Shown: one piece after another, positions 32,602 through 41,463 of the stretch
How positions within the stretch are numbered: position 1 is the first letter of the stretch
Layout: each line of letters begins with the position of its first letter
Source of the DNA: a virus
IMG/VR virus record: IMGVR_UViG_3300045988_046749
DNA: 46,325 nucleotides
Direction: 5' to 3' (one strand)
Made by a program: the position numbers and the translations under genes
Notes under the pieces: generated by a model
Told to the model about the DNA's origin: nothing
Seen by the model: only the letters and a program-made list of their open reading frames with translations
Databases searched by the model: none

Positions 32602-33289
32602 TTATTTCTTTCCTACTATTGTTTGTGAAATAAAAGATTTGAAACCACTTAAAGAGCTTGGTGATATTTTGAAATGTAAATTTATTTTTTCTGATTTTAC
32701 TCTTAGATTGATTGATGGAGATAAAGTACATGAGGCACTTATACAACTTTACAGTCGAGAGTTATTGCTTGATGAAGGAATGGTAGTAGTTCCAGAGCCT
32801 ATACCAGAAAAAGAAGATAAATTTCCGGAAGTGTCGTATTATATTCAATTTTCAGAAAAATATGGCATGCAGATAATGGTGGGACAAGTTACGGATGTCG
32901 AGGATGAAGTATATCGGAGATACGAAAAAATTGACCACGACTATTGTACACTCATAATACGAGCATTGATAACCATAATGGAAAAGATTGAATCAAGGGA
33001 AAAAGCTATAAGAAAAGTAGATAGAAGCAGAAAAGTCAATAGCAGGGGGAAAAATCATTTGTCAAAAAAAGATAATAAAATTTTTCTTCTTGATGATTTG
33101 ATTGAATATGTTGTAGAGAATAATCTATATCAAAAATCCGTAAAACATAGTCAAATCAGCTACCCATGTTGGAGCGTAAGAGGGCATTACAGAACGTACA
33201 AAAGCGGTAAGAAAGTATTTGTAAAGCCATTTAATAAGGGGAAAGAACGTGGAAAAGCAGCACCAAAACAACATACTTATGTGGTTTAA
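32594..33289 (+). CDS. Hypothetical protein (basic C-terminus)
   Basis: 231 aa and AT-rich. The C-terminus is CWSVRGHYRTYKSGKKVFVKPFNKGKERGK. Confidence 0.6.
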   Translation: MDDYFFPTIVCEIKDLKPLKELGDILKCKFIFSDFTLRLIDGDKVHEALIQLYSRELLLDEGMVVVPEPIPEKEDKFPEVSYYIQFSEKYGMQIMVGQVTDVEDEVYRRYEKIDHDYCTLIIRALITIMEKIESREKAIRKVDRSRKVNSRGKNHLSKKDNKIFLLDDLIEYVVENNLYQKSVKHSQISYPCWSVRGHYRTYKSGKKVFVKPFNKGKERGKAAPKQHTYVV

Positions 33290-33304
33290 AGGAGTGACGT
33301 ATCT

Positions 33305-33400
33305 ATGATTGATAGTTTAATAGCATTTACATTCGGAATAATATTCGGATCATTTGGAACTATTTTCTTAGTTGCACATTTTGGTGGCAAGCGTAAATAG
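33305..33400 (+). CDS. 31-aa single-TM peptide
   Basis: MIDSLIAFTFGIIFGSFGTIFLVAHFGGKRK, with SD AAGGAG 10 nt upstream. Confidence 0.4.
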   Translation: MIDSLIAFTFGIIFGSFGTIFLVAHFGGKRK

Positions 33401-33421
33401 CAATGAAAAAGGAGTGATGAT

Positions 33422-33721
33422 ATGCGTACAAGGCAAAAGTCACTTGTTGATTTTGGTGTATATCCGGAGGACGTTAACCGTTTAAAGGATATATGCCAGA
33501 AAGCTACACCAGAGCAGAGACACGATATTTTACACTGCTGCATAAGTTCTTGCCCTCCAGGAATTGAACTTTTGGTGTACGAATCTATTGTAGCAAACAA
33601 ATCTTATGATCGTATTATGAAGACAAAGTACATACCGGCAAAGCGAGATGATTTCTACGCATACAAGCGCAAGGCAATGGCTATGTTTTACGATACTCTA
33701 AGAAAACTAAGAGAAATATAA
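33422..33721 (+). CDS. Candidate late transcriptional activator (ArpU/RinA-like by position)
   Basis: 99 aa, the last gene before late promoter copy B and terS. The C-terminal FYAYKRKAMAMFYDTL is reminiscent of small sigma-r4-like phage regulators. Confidence 0.4.
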   Translation: MRTRQKSLVDFGVYPEDVNRLKDICQKATPEQRHDILHCCISSCPPGIELLVYESIVANKSYDRIMKTKYIPAKRDDFYAYKRKAMAMFYDTLRKLREI

Positions 33722-33737
33722 TACTAAAATTAATATT

Positions 33738-33777
33738 AAAATGTGGGGACAAATTTTTCTGCCATGTATGGTAATAT
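33738..33777 (+). promoter_or_regulatory. Late promoter copy B (AAATGTGGGGACAA box + -10 TAATAT)
   Basis: Box at 33738-33752 and TAATAT at 33772-33777. It lies upstream of terS. Confidence 0.65.
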
Positions 33778-33835
33778 AGTATATATCTATGACTATATGC
33801 CATATGTGGCAGATTTTTTGTTTGGAGGTGAGAAC

Positions 33836-34288
33836 GTGGGAAAACAGGTAGGAAGACCACCAATATATAAGACGGTGAACGAAATTGAAGAAAAAATTGA
33901 AACATATTTCAAAGAATGCGAAGGCGAAATATTAAAAGATGATAATGGAAAAACTGTATTGAATAAATTTGGAAATCCGGTGGTTATTAATCGAAAGCCT
34001 CCAACAGTAACTGGTTTAGCTCTTGCATTAGGATTTACAAGTAGATTGGATTTATTAAGATATCAAGGAAAAAAGGAATTTTGTAACACGATAACGCGCG
34101 CGAAGAGTATGGTAGAGCAGTACGCAGAGGAAAGATTGTTTGATCGTGACGGTTCCAATGGTGCTCAGTTTAGCCTTAGAAACAACTTCAAGGGCTGGGA
34201 CGCTGATAAGAAAAATGATGATTTCAGAGACGGAAAGATTACGATTGTGAACAATATTCCGAGACCGGAGAAACAGGATGGAAAGTAA
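33836..34288 (+). CDS. terS: Terminase small subunit
   Basis: GTG start 5 nt after GGAGGTG. Contains GRPPIYKTVNEIEEKIETYF...PPTVTGLALALGFTSRLDLLRY...FSLRNNFKGW. Confidence 0.8.
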   Translation: MGKQVGRPPIYKTVNEIEEKIETYFKECEGEILKDDNGKTVLNKFGNPVVINRKPPTVTGLALALGFTSRLDLLRYQGKKEFCNTITRAKSMVEQYAEERLFDRDGSNGAQFSLRNNFKGWDADKKNDDFRDGKITIVNNIPRPEKQDGK

Positions 34289-35534
34289 TGCTATCAAGCT
34301 GAATGAGATTGTAGCACCGGCATTTTACAATGTGTTTTGGGATATTTTAGATGGCAAGCACACCTACTATGATCTGTACGGTGGACGAGGATCCACAAAA
34401 TCATCTTTTGTAGGCGGCATGATTCCGTTTCAGATGATGCAGGATGCAGAGAATGGCTTAATGTCAAATGCTGTAATCTTTCGGAAAGTCGGTAATACGC
34501 TCAGGGAATCTGTGTATGAACAGATTGCATGGGGGATTGACGCACTTGGAGTAAGTGATTTATGGGCTGACAGTTTAAGTCCTATGCAATACGTGTATAA
34601 GCCTACTGGACAAAAGATCATATTCAGAGGGCTAGATAAAGCAAAGAAAACAAAGTCCATAAAAGTAAAAAAAGGATACTTTAAGTATCTTTGGTTTGAG
34701 GAACTTGATGAGTTTGCAGGCATTGAAGAAATCCGTACAGTTCAACAATCTGTACTTCGTGGTGGGAGCAAATTTGAGGTATTTAAGACATTCAATCCAC
34801 CGATCAGCCGTAGTAACTGGGCGAACGTGTATGTAGAAGAGCCAAGAGCTGACAGTTACAGGCACAAGAGCGATTATAGATCAGTTCCTGTTGAATGGCT
34901 TGGACAGCAATTTATTGATGATGCGGAGCATTTGAGAAAGACAAATCAGAGAGCTTACAACCATGAATATCTTGGCCTTCCTGTTGGACTTGGCACAAAT
35001 ATTTTCGAACTGTTAGAAATTCGAGAAATTACAGATGAAGAGATTCAGAGCTTTCAAAGTATCTACCAGGGGCAGGACTGGGGGTGGTATCCAGATCCTA
35101 AAGCATTTCTCCGTGTAGCTTATGTCCCTAACCAGGAAAAAGTTTTTTTATTAGACGAACTTGGAGGCCCCAAGATAAGAAACAAGGAAATGGCTAACCA
35201 GATAAAGAAAAAAGGATATGACGATTATCCAATATCTTGCGGAGTTGATGAAGAAGAAAGTATTATTGACTTCCGAGATGCAGGGCTTCCAGCACGTAGG
35301 GCCATTGTTACACCGGGAAGCCGCAAATATACTTTTGAGTGGTTACAGTGCCGAACATTAGTCATTGATCCAGCGCGAACGCCTAGAGCATACAAGGAAA
35401 TTATCAATTATGAACATGAAGTAGATAGCAATGGAGAAGTTATCGCAGATTATCCAGATGGCAACGATCACTGGATAGATTCTCTCAGGTATGCGACAAG
35501 TCCATTGTCGATGAGGAGGGGGAACAGTGCATAA
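34278..35534 (+). CDS. terL: Terminase large subunit (PBSX/Terminase_3-like)
   Basis: Walker A-like YGGRGSTKSS. 418 aa, directly followed by the portal region. Confidence 0.9.
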   Translation: MESNAIKLNEIVAPAFYNVFWDILDGKHTYYDLYGGRGSTKSSFVGGMIPFQMMQDAENGLMSNAVIFRKVGNTLRESVYEQIAWGIDALGVSDLWADSLSPMQYVYKPTGQKIIFRGLDKAKKTKSIKVKKGYFKYLWFEELDEFAGIEEIRTVQQSVLRGGSKFEVFKTFNPPISRSNWANVYVEEPRADSYRHKSDYRSVPVEWLGQQFIDDAEHLRKTNQRAYNHEYLGLPVGLGTNIFELLEIREITDEEIQSFQSIYQGQDWGWYPDPKAFLRVAYVPNQEKVFLLDELGGPKIRNKEMANQIKKKGYDDYPISCGVDEEESIIDFRDAGLPARRAIVTPGSRKYTFEWLQCRTLVIDPARTPRAYKEIINYEHEVDSNGEVIADYPDGNDHWIDSLRYATSPLSMRRGNSA

Positions 35535-35725
35535 TGAATAGTAAAGAAAATATATCTAAATGTTTGGAAATTCTGGACAAATTCCAGTTCTTCCAAGGGC
35601 AAAGAGCTGGAAGAGAATTGTGGAATGACAAACCAGTAAAGATACAGAACGAAGATATAAAAAATTTCAATAAAGACATAGAGTTTATCAGAAGTGTGCT
35701 GAAATCAGCTAATTCAGGTGATTAA
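35534..35725 (+). CDS. Hypothetical small protein
   Basis: 63 aa, with an ATAATG junction to terL. Confidence 0.5.
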   Translation: MNSKENISKCLEILDKFQFFQGQRAGRELWNDKPVKIQNEDIKNFNKDIEFIRSVLKSANSGD

Positions 35726-37171
35726 ATGGGACTTATAACAACACTAAAAAGGTGGTTTAACATGATTTTTAAAAAACAAGCCGAAGAGGATTTTAATATC
35801 CAGGCAGCGGAATTTCCAGAAATGGAATCGCTGATTAACCGGTGTGCGAACATATACAGGGGCGTACCAGAGTGGCTAGATGATAAGAATAATATCAAGA
35901 CAATTAATTTCGCGAAATCTGTCTGCTCAGAGACAGCACGGCTCGCAACGCTGGCGATCGGTATTCAGATAGACAGTTCTGCAAGGGCAACATGGCTTCA
36001 GGAGCAAATCGATAAGGTATATTTCCAAATTCGGCACTGGGTGGAATATAGCTGCGCTTATGGAACAGTTTTTATTAAACCAAACGGTGAGAGCCTTGAC
36101 GTATTCACTCCGGCAGACGTGATGATCGTAGATTACGACAATCAGGAAATAAAGGGGATTATATTCAAGGATTCTTATACTGTTGGACGGAAATACTACA
36201 CAAGGCTTGAATATCATAGATTTGTTAAAACCACCGTGGATGGCGTGACAACCTATCCGTACTACGTTTCCAACAGGGCTTATGTATCAAAATCCCCTCA
36301 GTCAATCGGCGACAGAATCGACCTTAAACAGACCAAATGGGCCGACCTCATGGCAGATACGCCACCGATTCTAAAAGCGAATGGCGAGAAGCTGGACGGG
36401 CCGCTATATGGAGTACTGCGTACACCACAGGCGAACAATGTAGATATTAGTGCACCACTTGGACTTCCAATTTTTGCTGAGGCTATCGAAGAACTGAAAG
36501 ACCTCGACATTGCATACAGCCGTAATGCCGGAGAGATTTTTGATTCTCAGAAGATTGTTCTGGCAGATGATAGACTACTGATGCCAAGCGGTACACCTGT
36601 ATCAGCCATGTCACCACAGGGCATGGAGAACAGACGGAATGAAATGAACTTACCGCACTTTGTCAAGAATGTGTTCGGGCAGGACGAGAAAGAGTTTTAC
36701 CAAGAAATCAATCCGCAACTCAACACTGATACCCGTATAAGTGGCATAAACGCCCTTTTAAGCCAGTTGGGATACAAGATTGGATTCTCCAATGGCTACT
36801 TTGTTTTTAATGAATCTAGTGGCATTCAGACGGCTACGGGAGTGGAAGCGGAACAGCAGAGGACAGTGCAGTTTATCAAAGACGTTCGAGACAAACTGGA
36901 ATCCTGCCTGGATGAAGTAATCTACGCACTGAACGTTTACGCTGACTTGTACGGAATTGCGCCTGTTGGAGCTTATGAAGTCAATTATGATTTCGGTGAT
37001 ATCCTGTATGTGCGTGAAAACGACCGTGCACGATGGTGGCAGTATGTGACCACTGGCAAAGTTCCGGCATGGCTGTATTTCGTGAAATTTGAGGGAATGA
37101 CGAAAGACGAGGCGGTGGCAATGGTCAAAGAAGCTCAGCCAGACGAACCAACATTATTTGGAGATGAGTAG
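35726..37171 (+). CDS. Portal protein (SPP1 Gp6-like)
   Basis: 481 aa, positioned between terL and the MuF-like gene. Confidence 0.85.
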   Translation: MGLITTLKRWFNMIFKKQAEEDFNIQAAEFPEMESLINRCANIYRGVPEWLDDKNNIKTINFAKSVCSETARLATLAIGIQIDSSARATWLQEQIDKVYFQIRHWVEYSCAYGTVFIKPNGESLDVFTPADVMIVDYDNQEIKGIIFKDSYTVGRKYYTRLEYHRFVKTTVDGVTTYPYYVSNRAYVSKSPQSIGDRIDLKQTKWADLMADTPPILKANGEKLDGPLYGVLRTPQANNVDISAPLGLPIFAEAIEELKDLDIAYSRNAGEIFDSQKIVLADDRLLMPSGTPVSAMSPQGMENRRNEMNLPHFVKNVFGQDEKEFYQEINPQLNTDTRISGINALLSQLGYKIGFSNGYFVFNESSGIQTATGVEAEQQRTVQFIKDVRDKLESCLDEVIYALNVYADLYGIAPVGAYEVNYDFGDILYVRENDRARWWQYVTTGKVPAWLYFVKFEGMTKDEAVAMVKEAQPDEPTLFGDE

Positions 37172-37173
37172 TT

Positions 37174-38403
37174 ATGCTAAGCCCAGAATATTTACGACAG
37201 ATAACAGAGGGCAGTGAACAAATTGCAGAAGAATTGCACCAGTATATCATCTCTGAGATCGTGTCAAGGATGATGGCAAGAATCGGCAGAGGTGAGGACT
37301 ATATCCTGACCAATGCCGATGCGTGGAGAATCAGAACGTTACAGGAATCCGGTGAATTGCTAGAGGACATTCTAGCGGAACTATCCAAATACACCAAACG
37401 TGAACAGCAGGAACTTCTTGAAGCGTTTGAAGATGCCGGAATCACTGCGATGAACTACGATGATAAGATATACAAGGCGGCAGGATTAAGTCCTGTGCCG
37501 CTCGAACAGTCGCCGGCCATGATAAGGCTCATGGAGCGGAATATGCTTGCAACCATGGGCGAGTGGAAGAACTTCACAAGAACCGCCGCAAGCGCTGCTC
37601 AAAGACTCTATATCGAGCAGTGCGACCTTGCATATAATCATGTGATGACTGGGTCAGTTGGGTATATGCAAGCCATTAAAGAGGCAGTTAATAACATTAT
37701 ATCAGATGGTGTCACCGTCACATATCCATCCGGCAGAAAAGACACGATCGAAACAGCAGTTGCACGTTCTGTCAGAACTGGTGTGGCACAGGCTACGGGG
37801 GATATATCCCTAAAACGTATGGAAGAAATGGACTGGGATTTAGTTCTGGTCAGTGCGCACATGGGAGCCAGAACAGGTGATGGCGGTGAGAATCCGGGAA
37901 ATCACTCATGGTGGCAAGGTAAGATATACTCTCGTTCTGGCAAGAGTAAGAAATTTCCGCCATTCTCATTGACCGGATATGGGACAGCAAGTGGACTATC
38001 AGGAGTCAACTGTCGGCATAGTTTTGGAGCCAGTGACGGGGAATTTAATCCCTACGCAGAATTATCGACAAAGGATAAAGCCGACAAAGGCAAACAGTAT
38101 GAAAAAGAACAACGGCAACGTACTTACGAGCGAAGAATCCGCAAGACGAAGCGTGAAGTTCTCGGACTGCAAGCAGGAGTTGACAATGCACCGAACGAAA
38201 AGGCGAAATTCGCATTGCAACAAGACCTTGACCGGAAGTCTTATCTTTTACAGAAACAAAATGCTGCATATAAGGATTACTGTAAGCAGAACGACCTGAG
38301 GGAGCTGCAAGACCGGCTCATGATAGCGAAGTGGAACCGTCAGAACGCCGCAAAAGCCAGAGGAGCGGCGAAACGGTATAAAACAGCAAAGGGGATTGAC
38401 TGA
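37174..38403 (+). CDS. Minor head protein (Mu F / SPP1 gp7-like)
   Basis: GENPGNHSWWQGKIYS and SGVNCRHSF motifs, with a basic coiled C-terminus. Confidence 0.85.
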   Translation: MLSPEYLRQITEGSEQIAEELHQYIISEIVSRMMARIGRGEDYILTNADAWRIRTLQESGELLEDILAELSKYTKREQQELLEAFEDAGITAMNYDDKIYKAAGLSPVPLEQSPAMIRLMERNMLATMGEWKNFTRTAASAAQRLYIEQCDLAYNHVMTGSVGYMQAIKEAVNNIISDGVTVTYPSGRKDTIETAVARSVRTGVAQATGDISLKRMEEMDWDLVLVSAHMGARTGDGGENPGNHSWWQGKIYSRSGKSKKFPPFSLTGYGTASGLSGVNCRHSFGASDGEFNPYAELSTKDKADKGKQYEKEQRQRTYERRIRKTKREVLGLQAGVDNAPNEKAKFALQQDLDRKSYLLQKQNAAYKDYCKQNDLRELQDRLMIAKWNRQNAAKARGAAKRYKTAKGID

Positions 38404-38789
38404 TGAACAGATGGGAATATTACAATCCGAACCCTGCCGGGAATCGAGTCGGAGATTGCGTTGTCCGGGCAATATGCAAAGCAACCGGCTTTGATTGGGA
38501 AACGGTATTCGCCGGATTAATGGTACAGGCGTGTGCTCTGTCAGATATGCCAAGCGCCAATTATGTATGGGGATCATATTTAGCGAAGCATGGATTCCAC
38601 AGAAAGCTTGTGGAGCAGTCAGAGAGGTATATTTATACAGTAAATGACTTCTGCACAGATCATCCGACTGGTACATACATCCTCTGCATAGATGGACATG
38701 TGGTAGCAGTACAGAACGGCAAATATTATGATACATGGGATAGTGGTAATGAGATCCCGGTATATTACTTGGAAAAGGAGAATAAATGA
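38403..38789 (+). CDS. Hypothetical protein with Cys/His dyad pattern (possible papain-like peptidase fold)
   Basis: YNPNPAGNRVGDCVVRAICKA ... IDGHVVAVQNGKYYDTWD. ATGA-type overlap with the MuF-like gene. Confidence 0.35.
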   Translation: MNRWEYYNPNPAGNRVGDCVVRAICKATGFDWETVFAGLMVQACALSDMPSANYVWGSYLAKHGFHRKLVEQSERYIYTVNDFCTDHPTGTYILCIDGHVVAVQNGKYYDTWDSGNEIPVYYLEKENK

Positions 38790-39091
38790 GCATATCAGAA
38801 TTTGTACAGATTTTCCTCTCTATCTGCGGAGGAGTGTCTATTGTCGGGGGAGCGGCAGCCGTAATTTTTAAGTGGATTGCCCCGGCGTTTCGGCTCAATA
38901 AGCGAGTAGAGACACTGGAAGAACATGATAGGCGAGATTATGAAAGCCTTCGGAGAATCGCAGAGCGTGATTCATTAATTCTGGAAGTATTATCAACCAT
39001 GTTGGACAGTCAGATCAACGGCGACAATGCAGAGGAATTAAAAAAAACAAAACAGAAGCTTACAAATTATCTTGCACAGAATCAGCGTTAA
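38786..39091 (+). CDS. N-terminal TM + coiled-coil protein
   Basis: 101 aa. TM FVQIFLSICGGVSIVGGAAAVIF. Confidence 0.55.
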   Translation: MSISEFVQIFLSICGGVSIVGGAAAVIFKWIAPAFRLNKRVETLEEHDRRDYESLRRIAERDSLILEVLSTMLDSQINGDNAEELKKTKQKLTNYLAQNQR

Positions 39092-39114
39092 TTGCATTAA
39101 TAAGAGGTATGCTC

Positions 39115-39315
39115 ATGAAATTATATGTGTTCACAAAGAAAGATATAGACAGGTTCTTGATAGAGTGTAATTTCACGCCGGACGAAGAAAGACTGTTCCG
39201 GTTGAGATGTAAGGAATACACTCTTGAATACTGCGCTGAACAAATGAATGTGAGTATATCTACAGCGAAACGATTAAGCCGCCGAGTAAATAATAAAATA
39301 ATCAAAGTGTGTTGA
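39115..39315 (+). CDS. Small sigma-70 region-4-like HTH protein
   Basis: TLEYCAEQMNVSISTAKRLSRRVNNKI. The ATG at 39115 is 7 nt after AAGAGG. Confidence 0.5.
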   Translation: MKLYVFTKKDIDRFLIECNFTPDEERLFRLRCKEYTLEYCAEQMNVSISTAKRLSRRVNNKIIKVC

Positions 39316-39338
39316 TACTTTTTAGACACTAATTAGAG

Positions 39339-39369
39339 CCAGAAACGACCTGTTTCCGGTTCTTTTTTT
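39339..39369 (+). terminator. Rho-independent terminator
   Basis: CCAGAAAC / GTTTCCGG stem (7 of 8 pairs) with a 5-nt loop, followed by TTCTTTTTTT. Confidence 0.65.
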
Positions 39370-39403
39370 GTGCAAAAATATAATCAGAAAGGCGGTGTAT
39401 AAG

Positions 39404-39871
39404 ATGGCATTATATAACAATCCTTATCAATATAGTTTCGGCGTTCCAGGACAGATGAACCAGTTCCAGCAGCCTGTCCAGATGCCGGCCCAGCCAGTAC
39501 AACAACCTCAGCAGAATAGCAATGGTATCCTGTGGGTATCTGGCGAAGTTGGCGCAAAATCCTATCTGGTAGCGCCCGGGACAAGTGTTTTGCTGATGGA
39601 TTCAGAATCAGAGAAATTTTACATAAAATCCACAGATGTTTCCGGTATGCCACAGCCATTACGGACGTTTGAGTATCATGAAGTAGGCGCTCAGATGCCG
39701 CCTAAACAGCCTGTCCAAAACATGGACAATAAATACGTCACCAGACAGGAATACGACGATTTAAAAGCCAAATGCGAAGCTATAGCAAGTCGTTTAAATT
39801 CTTTTTCTGAACCTGTTAGGGCTAATACCACACAGGAATCAGCAGTCAAGGGAGGAAACGCAGATGAGTAA
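39404..39871 (+). CDS. Q/P-rich protein with conserved central domain
   Basis: 155 aa. The N-terminal 45 aa are Q/P-rich, followed by GILWVSGEVGAKSYLVAPGTSVLLMDSESEKFYIKSTDVSGMPQPLRTFEY. Confidence 0.6.
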   Translation: MALYNNPYQYSFGVPGQMNQFQQPVQMPAQPVQQPQQNSNGILWVSGEVGAKSYLVAPGTSVLLMDSESEKFYIKSTDVSGMPQPLRTFEYHEVGAQMPPKQPVQNMDNKYVTRQEYDDLKAKCEAIASRLNSFSEPVRANTTQESAVKGGNADE

Positions 39872-40085
39872 TCCATTATTCAATGTCCTCGGCGGTGGAA
39901 TACCGCAGGGAAACGGACCAATGCAGATGATACAGCAGTTTATGCAGTTTAAGCAGAATTTTAAGGGAGACCCGAAGGAAGAAGTTCAGAAGATGTTACA
40001 GTCTGGAAAGATTTCTCAGCAACAGCTTAATCAGGTTCAGCAGATGGCAGGACAGTTTCAGCACATACTAAAAGGAATGAAATAG
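39864..40085 (+). CDS. Q-rich small protein
   Basis: 73 aa with SD GGGAGGA. Contains QMIQQFMQFKQNF...QQQLNQVQQMAGQFQ. Confidence 0.55.
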   Translation: MSNPLFNVLGGGIPQGNGPMQMIQQFMQFKQNFKGDPKEEVQKMLQSGKISQQQLNQVQQMAGQFQHILKGMK

Positions 40086-40138
40086 TACATTACAATCTGG
40101 CCAGATTGATGTAAATACACAATAAAGGAGATTATATT

Positions 40139-40918
40139 ATGGATGGAAATTATAGCTTATCAGACATTGCAGCTGCTACTGGAAATGGCAGAAATAATGA
40201 CGGCATGTTTGGTGGAGATGGTAGCTGGTGGATTATTGTTTTATTCATTTTTGCTTTCTTCGGATGGGGAAACAACGGATGGGGCAATAACGGCAACGGC
40301 GGCGGATATACAGCCACAGCAGCTACTCAGGCAGACATTCAGAGAGGATTCGATAACTCCGCAGTAATCAGCAAGCTTGACGGAATCAATAGCGGCCTGT
40401 GTGATGGATTCTACGCCATGAACAACGGTATGCTTACCGGATTCAATGGAATCAACACAAATATTATGCAGACTGGTTTCGGCATTCAGCAGGCTATTAA
40501 TGCCGACACTGTAGCGAATATGCAGAATACAAATGCTTTACAGGCACAGCTTGCAAACTGTTGCTGTGAAACCAGAGAAGCTATCCAGGGCGTGAACTAC
40601 AACATGGCACAGAACACCTGTGCATTGCAGAACACCATGAACAGCAACACAAGAGACATTATTGACAGTCAGAATGCAGGAACAAGAGCAATTCTTGATT
40701 ATCTTTGCAACGAAAAGATTTCTAACTTGCAGGCTGAGAACAATGATCTCAGACGTGCCGCTTCTCAGGATCGCCAGAGCGCATTGCTCACAACTGCAAT
40801 GGCTTCACAGACACAGCAGCTCATTAATGCGATTAATCCGGCACCGATTCCGGCTTACCAGGTACCGAACCCGAACACATATTACGGATGCGGATGTAAC
40901 ACCGGATGTAATTGCTGA
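40139..40918 (+). CDS. Membrane protein with GWGNN repeats, an N/Q-rich ectodomain and a Cys-rich C-terminus
   Basis: 259 aa. TM WWIIVLFIFAFFGW, then GNNGWGNNGNGGG, a CCC triplet (LANCCCETRE), and an end of YYGCGCNTGCNC. Confidence 0.65.
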   Translation: MDGNYSLSDIAAATGNGRNNDGMFGGDGSWWIIVLFIFAFFGWGNNGWGNNGNGGGYTATAATQADIQRGFDNSAVISKLDGINSGLCDGFYAMNNGMLTGFNGINTNIMQTGFGIQQAINADTVANMQNTNALQAQLANCCCETREAIQGVNYNMAQNTCALQNTMNSNTRDIIDSQNAGTRAILDYLCNEKISNLQAENNDLRRAASQDRQSALLTTAMASQTQQLINAINPAPIPAYQVPNPNTYYGCGCNTGCNC

Positions 40919-41029
40919 TAACTTCATATCGAGAGTATCTTTCGATTGATTCGAATGTCGGCTTATGCCGTATTACACAGAGGGGCAGGCTGAGACCTGT
41001 CCTTTTGTGATATGAAAGGAGTAAAAATT

Positions 41030-41452
41030 ATGGCAGAATTTACAAGTGTAGCTGCTCAGACTGTAGCAGCAAATGGAAACGTAGTATTTTCAAACACAGC
41101 AGTTAAGGGCTCTAATTGCATTCAGCACAGAGAGGGAAGTGGAATTATTACACTGAGAGGACTTACTAACCAGTGCAAAGCGAGATTCTTTGTGGATTTT
41201 TCTGGCAATATCGCAATTCCAACAGGCGGTACTGTCGGAGCTATTTCTCTGGCTATTGCAATTTCTGGTGAGCCGGTTCTTTCTTCTCAGATGATCTCCA
41301 CACCGGCAGCAGTGGACCAGTACAATAATGTGTCCTCTGGTATCTACATTGATGTTCCTCGCGGCTGTTGCGTTAATATCGCAGTAGAAAATACGAGCGA
41401 TCAGGCGATTTCCGTTGCGAACGCAAACATTGTTGTGACTAGAGAAGCGTAG
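41030..41452 (+). CDS. BclA-C/ExsFA-like (C1q/TNF-like jelly-roll) protein
   Basis: 140 aa. The pattern AAQTVAANGNVVFSNTAV.G..IQHREGSGIITLRG...FFVDFSGN...ISLAIAISGEPV...NANIVVTR resembles Bacillus exosporium BclA C-terminal domains. Confidence 0.5.
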   Translation: MAEFTSVAAQTVAANGNVVFSNTAVKGSNCIQHREGSGIITLRGLTNQCKARFFVDFSGNIAIPTGGTVGAISLAIAISGEPVLSSQMISTPAAVDQYNNVSSGIYIDVPRGCCVNIAVENTSDQAISVANANIVVTREA

Positions 41453-41463
41453 GAGGTGCAGTT

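Noticed and set aside
39371-39384. TATAAT box at 39379-39384 as an independent sigma-A promoter for the five-gene module
   Set aside because: There is no acceptable -35 hexamer or TG extension at the right spacing. The module may simply be reached by partial read-through of the 39339-39369 terminator.
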